This document shows positions 47,574-54,644 of a DNA stretch of 64,000 nt, piece after piece. Source of the stretch: Bacteroidales bacterium. GTDB lineage: Bacteria > Bacteroidota > Bacteroidia > Bacteroidales > UBA10428. A model generated the notes under the pieces. The model saw nothing but the letters and a program-made list of their open reading frames with translations, had not been told where the DNA came from and did not search any database. The stretch spans positions 3,100-67,099 of the forward strand of contig JAWOJJ010000141.1 of assembly GCA_046481675.1 (NCBI GenBank), written 5' to 3'. The position numbers were made by a program, and so were the translations under genes. Each line of letters opens with the position of its first letter. Position 1 is the stretch's first letter.

Positions 47574-48551
47574 TTATTTCTTGGGTGGCGTTCTGTAAGC
47601 ATCAATGCCGGCTTTATATTTCGGAACGCCCCCTATCGGAATTACATAGAAAGGAAGCAATTCGCCATACTGGTTACGAACATTAATTACCACGTTGTTG
47701 TTTTTCACAGCAGGATTTTTCCGCTTGATAAACTGGATATCCAAAGAGGTATTCTTTTCTTCGTCGAAGATTTTAAATTCGTCCTCTATCCAGTTATCTT
47801 CTGCAGAAACCTTACTTAACTGTCCCTTTCGTGCAACTGATACGGTGCGGATGAATCCGTCGGAATCCCAGTCGAAGTTCGACAGTTTAACTGATATGGT
47901 TCTGTCGTCCACATAGGGATAGATATGCGATACTTCCATGGGGTCATCATGCATGCGGAAAGAATATTCATATGCAAATGCATTGGCTCCTTCTATCGGT
48001 TTATTCTCATCGGGTTTGGTTGAGAGATAATAGCGGTATAAATTGCCATCATCACCTGCAACCCCGTCGCAGATTACTTTAAATATGTAGCCGTTGAATT
48101 TTTGTATGAATTCTCCTTCTGTAGGATTGAACGGCCCGAAAGTGTACCATTTGTTATCGTATTCAGGCTGATTTCCAAAGGTTTTGGAAGCCAGAAGATT
48201 CCCGCTTTTGTAATTTCCCACAGGCTGGGTTTCCTGCGCATCCTTGTGGCTGTAACATTCCTTTCCCCCGTAAATGGAATAAGTCATCCGTGTGTCGAAA
48301 ATACCATTCAATTCATCTGTGGTGCCACTCACGTCAGGATCAAAAACACGAATGTATAAGGGTTGAGAAAAATTTTTGGGTATGAGAAAAAAGAAGGTTT
48401 GGGAAAAATCGTCGTCTCCCCAGGAGGTTCCTGCTTTGGGACCAAAGGTCATCAAATAAGGTATATTTTCATCTCCTGCCGGTACCGGCTGTGCATCAAC
48501 AGCACCCGTCGTAATTAATACAGCCGATAAAGCACAAATTAAATATTTCAT
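47574..48551 (-). CDS. Secreted hypothetical protein, no recognisable family
   Basis: 325 aa with an ATG start and signal peptide MKYLICALSAVLITTGAVDAQ. The protein is beta-rich and acidic. It lies 11 nt upstream of the sensor-PP2C gene. Confidence 0.6.
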   Translation of the reverse strand: MKYLICALSAVLITTGAVDAQPVPAGDENIPYLMTFGPKAGTSWGDDDFSQTFFFLIPKNFSQPLYIRVFDPDVSGTTDELNGIFDTRMTYSIYGGKECYSHKDAQETQPVGNYKSGNLLASKTFGNQPEYDNKWYTFGPFNPTEGEFIQKFNGYIFKVICDGVAGDDGNLYRYYLSTKPDENKPIEGANAFAYEYSFRMHDDPMEVSHIYPYVDDRTISVKLSNFDWDSDGFIRTVSVARKGQLSKVSAEDNWIEDEFKIFDEEKNTSLDIQFIKRKNPAVKNNNVVINVRNQYGELLPFYVIPIGGVPKYKAGIDAYRTPPKK

Positions 48552-48648
48552 AGGTCAGCAATCAGATTTTGGTATGATAAACTTAAATGCTATACGATAA
48601 AAGTTGGGATTAGGTTCTTATTACTTGACAAAACCAAAAGGATAAGGG

Positions 48649-50079
48649 CTAATTCCTTTGATTCACAACTACAATTTTCTTTGAAACGCAGTTCTTTTGA
48701 TCTGAAGTTGTTGTGGTATTCTGCTGACCGGTTACACCCAGCTTAACCTGGTAGGTGCCGGGAAAAACATACCTGTGTTTCACAGCAATACCGGAAGCCC
48801 TGGATCCGTCACCGAAATCCCAGTTATAACCGCTGATGGCAAAATCTTTCAGAAAGGTTTTTGTTCCATTCAGGTCAAATTCCTGGCCAACCAATACTGT
48901 ATCAGGGGCCGACACATAAGCCTGCTGAACCTGCTCAATCACGAGCTCATAGGTAGCCTGGCTCAGCATAACATCTTGAGTCAGTTTGTCAACAATATTT
49001 AACTGAACAATATAAGTATCCGGCCGTGCAAAGCAATGTTCAGCCTTCAGTGCCCTGATCACAGTTCCGTCACCCAAATCCCATTCATAGGCAAATGCTG
49101 TGGTATCAATTTCATTGTTGTTGGGCTCATAAAATACGTAGCAGAATTCCTCTTCTATCTGCTCAACACAACCAACAAGCGCGGGCAGGGTAGAATAAAC
49201 CGAAAAAATATCCGGAGATCCATCGCGGTCTGTCACAAAATAACCTGTATCTGCATCTGCATTCAGAATAAGCCCGTAATCGTCATTGGCTGAGTTTATC
49301 GGGGCATCCATGCGCACCGGTTTTTGCCACTGGTTATCCATGTTAATGGTGTAGTAAATATCCAAATCTGAGTCCTGCTTATGCCCCCTGGAAGCAAAAT
49401 AGAGCCTGCCGTCCCTGTGCAGATAGGGAAATACTTCGTTTTTTGGGGTATTCACAACCGGTCCAAGATTTTCAGGATCGCCCCAACGGCCATTTTCAAG
49501 GTTCGAAACATAAATATCCAACCCTCCTGCTCCACCGGGAGCATCGGAGCAAAAATAGAGCTGTCTTCCGTCATCGGTAAGGTAAGGATATCCTGTGTTG
49601 TATGCAGAACTGTTGAAGTTAAACTGGTTCAGGTTGGTCCACTGTCCGTTCACCAGTTCGGCGCTGAATATCCCAAATGTGGTATCCTTCCTCTGCCTGT
49701 TGCTGAATTTTGATGAAACGTCAATAGTGCGCGTGAAATAAATGGTTTTTCCATCTCTGCTGAATGTGCAGGGGCCTTCAAACAGGAATGTGGTAAGCTC
49801 TTTGGCCAGCAACCGGGGAGCTTCAAATTTGCCGGGTTTTTTCTGCTCGGCGAAATAAAGGTTGGTCAGCGGATTGTTGTCCGCATCATGATAAGACATC
49901 AGCACATCACTCCTTTTATCGGAACAAAACACCAGTCCGTTACCAAAAAAGGCAGGTGCCAGCTCCCTCGACCGGGTGTTGAACGACAGCCTTTTCACTG
50001 TATAGTCATCCTGGCCGTATAACATAGTACCGGTAATGACCAGGAGAAGAACAATGCAACTATTTTTATATGAACTCAT
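48649..50079 (-). CDS. PD40/TolB-like beta-propeller repeat protein with two C-terminal PKD domains
   Basis: 476 aa with a signal peptide. PD40-like repeats are present (TIYFTRT, QLYFCSDAPGGAGGLDIYVS, RLYFASRG...DLDIYYT). PKD cores are YEWDLGDGTVIRALKAEHCFARPDTYIVQLNI and YNWDFGDGSRASGIAVKHRYVFPGTYQVKLGV. Confidence 0.75.
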   Translation of the reverse strand: MSSYKNSCIVLLLVITGTMLYGQDDYTVKRLSFNTRSRELAPAFFGNGLVFCSDKRSDVLMSYHDADNNPLTNLYFAEQKKPGKFEAPRLLAKELTTFLFEGPCTFSRDGKTIYFTRTIDVSSKFSNRQRKDTTFGIFSAELVNGQWTNLNQFNFNSSAYNTGYPYLTDDGRQLYFCSDAPGGAGGLDIYVSNLENGRWGDPENLGPVVNTPKNEVFPYLHRDGRLYFASRGHKQDSDLDIYYTINMDNQWQKPVRMDAPINSANDDYGLILNADADTGYFVTDRDGSPDIFSVYSTLPALVGCVEQIEEEFCYVFYEPNNNEIDTTAFAYEWDLGDGTVIRALKAEHCFARPDTYIVQLNIVDKLTQDVMLSQATYELVIEQVQQAYVSAPDTVLVGQEFDLNGTKTFLKDFAISGYNWDFGDGSRASGIAVKHRYVFPGTYQVKLGVTGQQNTTTTSDQKNCVSKKIVVVNQRN

Positions 50080-50085
50080 CTGCGG

Positions 50086-50991
50086 TTAAAATATCGTTGG
50101 ATTAGCAGCCTTCACCCTGTATCCGAAATTGTATTCCAGGGCAACCTCAATAGAGTTCCTGTTATAGGAATTCAGTTCATTCATCCCGTAATCGTAAGCA
50201 ATGCCCACCCTGAGCTGGTAGGTGATCTTGTAATCTACCAGCATCACGATGGCTTGTTTGGTGCGATAGGACACTCCTGCCCTGAGTGCGTCTTTATATA
50301 GCACACTGACACCCAAATCGGCGATCAGTCCGCCTGCTTTTTCATACACCATCATTCCCGAAGGTTGAGCCTGCCAGTCTGAGGTCAGGTCTAGTTTATA
50401 TCCCGCTGTAATATAATAGACATATTGTTCAAAGGAATGACGCGCAATAATTTCACCCGAATTATTAGATTGATAGCCCAGCAATAGGGGAACAGAGAGA
50501 CCTGCATAAAACCTGTTGGTATAATAATAAGCGCCCACACCAAAATTGGGTAGCAGGTAGTTATAGGAGTTATCATTGAAATGAGGATCATTGCCCAGAT
50601 CAACCTGATCATATTTTCCGGTTCCCACTCCGCCTTTCAGTCCCAATGCCAACTTGCCATGTCCCAACTGAAGCCTGTGTGCATAGTTCAGATAGATGCC
50701 CGTGTATTTGCGCAGGCCGATGCTTTCGTTCATCACCAGCAAACCCAGTCCCATCCGGGTATTCTTATAAGGAGTATGCACACCCACAATGTTATATGCC
50801 GGGGCACCTTCAAAGCCCATCCATTGGTTACGGTGCGACAGGCTTACGCTTAACATATCCCTGCTGCCCGCATAGGCCGGGTTAACAGCCAATCCGTTGA
50901 AAGAATAATGACTGTACAGGATAGTCTTTTCCTGGGCATTCGACAATGCTGTTAAACCAAGTGCAAACAATATGAAAAATAAGCTGCGCAT
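50086..50991 (-). CDS. Type IX secretion system membrane protein, PorP/SprF family
   Basis: 301 aa. The signature N-terminal block is YSHYSFNGLAVNPAYAGSRDMLSVSLSHRNQWMGFEGAP, followed by beta-barrel-like sequence ending ...KAANPTIF. Its start abuts the stop of the upstream type-B CTD gene. Confidence 0.88.
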   Translation of the reverse strand: MRSLFFILFALGLTALSNAQEKTILYSHYSFNGLAVNPAYAGSRDMLSVSLSHRNQWMGFEGAPAYNIVGVHTPYKNTRMGLGLLVMNESIGLRKYTGIYLNYAHRLQLGHGKLALGLKGGVGTGKYDQVDLGNDPHFNDNSYNYLLPNFGVGAYYYTNRFYAGLSVPLLLGYQSNNSGEIIARHSFEQYVYYITAGYKLDLTSDWQAQPSGMMVYEKAGGLIADLGVSVLYKDALRAGVSYRTKQAIVMLVDYKITYQLRVGIAYDYGMNELNSYNRNSIEVALEYNFGYRVKAANPTIF

Positions 50992-53900
50992 TTATCTGAT
51001 GATTTCTACAAATGACCTGAACTGAACTTCCTGTTGCCTGCCGGCAACCTTAATATTGGCTATATAAAAATAAGTACCTTCGGGTAATTCAACTCCGTTG
51101 CTGTTTTTCCCATACCAGCGGTTGTCGTCGCCGAAATCATAATTATCGGATTCAAAAACCAGTACTCCCGCGCTGTTGAATACTTTCAGGGTAATCTTCT
51201 CGGCATTCTCCGCGCCAATTTTGAAATAAGGATTGAACTCGTCGTCATTCGGCGTAAAAGCTTTTAGAATATTCAGGGGCGTGATGGTGATGTTCATGCT
51301 GTCGGCAACCGCATCACAATTGCCATTGGTTACTGTCCATTTGAGTGATGTATTCTTTGAAAGCTCGCTTACAACTGTATTGGGAATTGCATCATCATCA
51401 AACTCCGCCGAACCTGACAGTACGCTCCACTTGCCATTTCCGGCCGAAGCAGGCAATGCCGCGAGTGTTGTGGTATAGGTAAAATCAAGCACCTGATCGG
51501 GTCCTGCATCCGGTGTTGCCGGAGGCTCATAGAATATCACTTCAACCTCATCCGTATCGGTGCAACGCCAGTTGGTTTCGGTCCATGTGAATACCTTTGG
51601 GCCATAGGCATCAACAATTACCTCGCTGTTCTCCGAAGAGGCATCATCAAACACTGCACCTGTGGCAGTCCACAAACCAGTTGAACCGGCAACATCTTTT
51701 ACGGCGGCCAGAACATAGCGGTCGCTACATACAGCACTGTCAATACCTGCATTGGCAACAGGCACTTCATATAGGATGGCAGGATTAACCGCCACAAACA
51801 AAGCGGGGTTGGCCAAACAGCTGCTGTCATCTTTTATTGAAGCAATGACAAAGGTTTGTGCTGAAACGGTCGGGTTGAACATCACCGAATCATAGCTTCC
51901 GCTGATGCCATTGACGGTTTTGTTGCCCAAACTGCCCCCGTTAACCGTAACGTCAAAGGGACCGTTACCGGTGACATTGAATTTCACATAAAGATTCTCG
52001 CCTTCACAAAGCTCCTCGTTGCTGATCACAACATTGCCCTGGGGCAGCGGGTTGATTCTTACCTCGACAACATTGCTGGTATCTGTACATTCCCGCAGTC
52101 CCGGTGATGAAAACACCACCCTCCTGAAAAAGACTTTTTGGGTAAGATCCTCGGATTGTAAATGCTGGTCCGTTGCGGTGAGCGCCAGCCATGAAAGGTT
52201 ATCGGTACTTTGCTCCCACTGGTAGGCATAGGTCTCAAATCCATGGATGGGCTGCGATCCGTTTAAGGTAACCGGTGTGTTGAAGCAGGTATAGCGAACA
52301 GGGACGCTGTTTATGTTGTTATTGTCAATGGGCAATTTCACCACAATGGTTTTCACTACCGCTGTGGTATCAATACATGCGTTGTTCTGCCCCGAGTAAA
52401 CAATTCTCCTGTATGAGGTGGTATTGGTCAGGCGGTCTACCGCAAGGTTCATTCCGTTGCTTTCAGGTATGGTTGTCCAGTCACCCTGATCTTCTTTTAA
52501 CTGCCAGGAATAGGAATAGGCTCCGTTACCGCCCGAAGGTGGCAGGGCATTCAATGTGCCCGGACTGGTATTCATGCAGATGGAAGTATCTTTTTCAGCA
52601 AAAAAACGATTGTTCTCTATTCCCGGAAGAACCAGGATGGTCCAGGTGTTGCTCGTATCGCGGCACCAGGCTGTGGAATTCACCACACGCCTGTAAAAGG
52701 TGGTATCGGTCAACCTGCCGGGATCAAAATTCACGCCGGTTCCGGCAACATTCCAGGTGACCTGGTTGGTGCTTTCTTCCCAACGATAAACGTAGCTGCC
52801 GTTACCACCCGAAGGAGCGGGAACAATGCCATGCAGCGGCTGGGCATCGGAGTTGTAGCAAATGGTATCCTCACCGGTGATCATGTTGTTGCTGATTGCC
52901 GGATACACATAGATTTGAAGGCCCCGACTCACGTCGACAATGGTATCTGAAGTGACCACACGCCTGTACCAGGTTGTCTGGGTTAAAGCAGGTGGCTGAA
53001 ATGAAAGCAGAGAGATGTTTGTACCGCCGGATGCCGGTATCCAGGTAATGTTATCGGTACTTTGTTCCCATACAGATGTGTACTGCCCGTCACCTCCTTT
53101 GGGTTGGCTTCCGGTAATCAACCCGGGAATTTGCCCGGCACAAATGGTATCTTTTCCCCTGAGTGTATTAAACAGGAAACCGTTTAACGGGAGCATCAGG
53201 TTTTTTAACCTAACGCCATGGTTGCCGTTTTCACCGCTTTGCTCGAAACAGGTTACGGTACCGCGCAATCCTGCTGCCGAATCAATCACAGCAGGCATTG
53301 TAGTGCCGGCATGCCATATAATTCCGCCGCTTCCTCCGCCACCCGATCCGGTGCAGTTTTCCCCGGTTCCTGTTGTGGATCCGCCATTACCGCCTCGTAT
53401 TTGAACAGGAATGGGACTACCCGAATAACTGTCGGCATCTATCAGCACTGTACCGCCGGCTCCGCCGCCGCCACCGCTACCTGTTGTTGATGCTGCACTT
53501 TGGCCGTTGGCTAAAATGGAACCTCCGTTACCAACCAGGGTACCTGTAATTATGATGGCGATACCGCCGCCGTTGCCACCGGGTGAAGGTGTTGCCGATG
53601 CCATACGAGTGCCGCTGCCACCGCCCCCGCCCATAACAATCTTGGCACTATCGAGGTACAATTCAAAACAACCTTCTCCACGCCAGCCACCTGATACAGA
53701 TAATCCTGTGCAAAAAGCCGACTGGTCTCCGCCATTGCCGCCTTCGTTGTAATTGCTTCCGCCGCCCCCGCCGGAGTACCTGCCGTTGCCGGCACCCCCT
53801 CCGCTGTAATTGAAGGCCGTGCCCATGGTATAAGGCCACGATGCGTTAACAACACCTTCGCCTTTATATCCTGAGCGTCCTGTTTCAGCAGGGAGAAAAT

Positions 53901-54516
53901 ACAAAGTATCTTTTATTGCACCGCTTCCATCATTCCTGCAAACACCATTGTAATTCTGAGCAGGCATGGCACCACCCCTGAAACCCTGGTAGCTGACATT
54001 GATGTTGCTGTTGAGCTTAACCGAATCGGCACCCAAAATGGCCACAACACCGCCAACCTGGCCATCCCAGGCCCTGGCAGTAACCGGTTCGCTAACCGTT
54101 ACCGTTTCTCCCTCAACAAACCTCACCAGCTGAATCTTTTCACCTACGTTATACTGGTTAGAAAGATTATCCGTAAAAACAACATAGGTAGTTGGTCCGG
54201 TAACCACTTCGTCAACCTGAAGTACTTCATACCTCCCCGTGTTTTGTTTCTGCTTTTTAATCCGCTGTTCCTTGGTAAGAAATCCTTCTTCATTTTCCAG
54301 CGTCACACCTGTCATCTGAATGAGCAATACCTTATCACCCGACTTAAAATTATCCAGGTGCCCGGGTATTGTTTCTGTAACACTAACTCTGCCGTCAGGA
54401 AAGACATTGTCAACTTTCAAATAATGATTTGGAGTGTTTAAGATACTGATATTCTGGGACAAACCTGCCAAAATGATCAGTAACAGGCCAGATATGACTA
54501 AAACGATTCGTTTCAA
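50992..54516 (-). CDS. Large cell-surface (adhesin-like) protein with T9SS type-B (gliding-motility-associated) C-terminal sorting domain
   Basis: 1174 aa. The only in-frame start ahead of the signal peptide is TTG at 54516 (KRIVLVISGLLLIILAGLSQ). It has a Gly-rich block (aa ~235-400) and four Cys-framed ~80-aa repeats ending W/F-Y/F-RRVV. The type-B sorting domain reads FTPNDDEFNPYFKI...LKVFNSAGVLVFES...GTYFYIANI...FVEIIR. Confidence 0.85.
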   Translation of the reverse strand: MKRIVLVISGLLLIILAGLSQNISILNTPNHYLKVDNVFPDGRVSVTETIPGHLDNFKSGDKVLLIQMTGVTLENEEGFLTKEQRIKKQKQNTGRYEVLQVDEVVTGPTTYVVFTDNLSNQYNVGEKIQLVRFVEGETVTVSEPVTARAWDGQVGGVVAILGADSVKLNSNINVSYQGFRGGAMPAQNYNGVCRNDGSGAIKDTLYFLPAETGRSGYKGEGVVNASWPYTMGTAFNYSGGGAGNGRYSGGGGGSNYNEGGNGGDQSAFCTGLSVSGGWRGEGCFELYLDSAKIVMGGGGGSGTRMASATPSPGGNGGGIAIIITGTLVGNGGSILANGQSAASTTGSGGGGGAGGTVLIDADSYSGSPIPVQIRGGNGGSTTGTGENCTGSGGGGSGGIIWHAGTTMPAVIDSAAGLRGTVTCFEQSGENGNHGVRLKNLMLPLNGFLFNTLRGKDTICAGQIPGLITGSQPKGGDGQYTSVWEQSTDNITWIPASGGTNISLLSFQPPALTQTTWYRRVVTSDTIVDVSRGLQIYVYPAISNNMITGEDTICYNSDAQPLHGIVPAPSGGNGSYVYRWEESTNQVTWNVAGTGVNFDPGRLTDTTFYRRVVNSTAWCRDTSNTWTILVLPGIENNRFFAEKDTSICMNTSPGTLNALPPSGGNGAYSYSWQLKEDQGDWTTIPESNGMNLAVDRLTNTTSYRRIVYSGQNNACIDTTAVVKTIVVKLPIDNNNINSVPVRYTCFNTPVTLNGSQPIHGFETYAYQWEQSTDNLSWLALTATDQHLQSEDLTQKVFFRRVVFSSPGLRECTDTSNVVEVRINPLPQGNVVISNEELCEGENLYVKFNVTGNGPFDVTVNGGSLGNKTVNGISGSYDSVMFNPTVSAQTFVIASIKDDSSCLANPALFVAVNPAILYEVPVANAGIDSAVCSDRYVLAAVKDVAGSTGLWTATGAVFDDASSENSEVIVDAYGPKVFTWTETNWRCTDTDEVEVIFYEPPATPDAGPDQVLDFTYTTTLAALPASAGNGKWSVLSGSAEFDDDAIPNTVVSELSKNTSLKWTVTNGNCDAVADSMNITITPLNILKAFTPNDDEFNPYFKIGAENAEKITLKVFNSAGVLVFESDNYDFGDDNRWYGKNSNGVELPEGTYFYIANIKVAGRQQEVQFRSFVEIIR

Positions 54517-54644
54517 ATTGCCAAGATTGGGTTTGTTTGATAGTTACTTGTCAGCTCTTCTTCAAATATATGAAAATAGCTACACGCTCATGTTTTATTT
54601 TATTAACATCTTATTCATACTGATAACACCGGCACAAGGTTTCA

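Noticed and set aside
53015-53752. Proline-rich plus-strand ORFs (PPPPDP..., PPLPPGEG...) that could be mistaken for a Pro-rich or collagen-like gene.
   Set aside because: They are the reverse-complement reading of the glycine-rich (GGN codon) block of the minus-strand adhesin gene. CCN codons on one strand correspond to GGN on the other.
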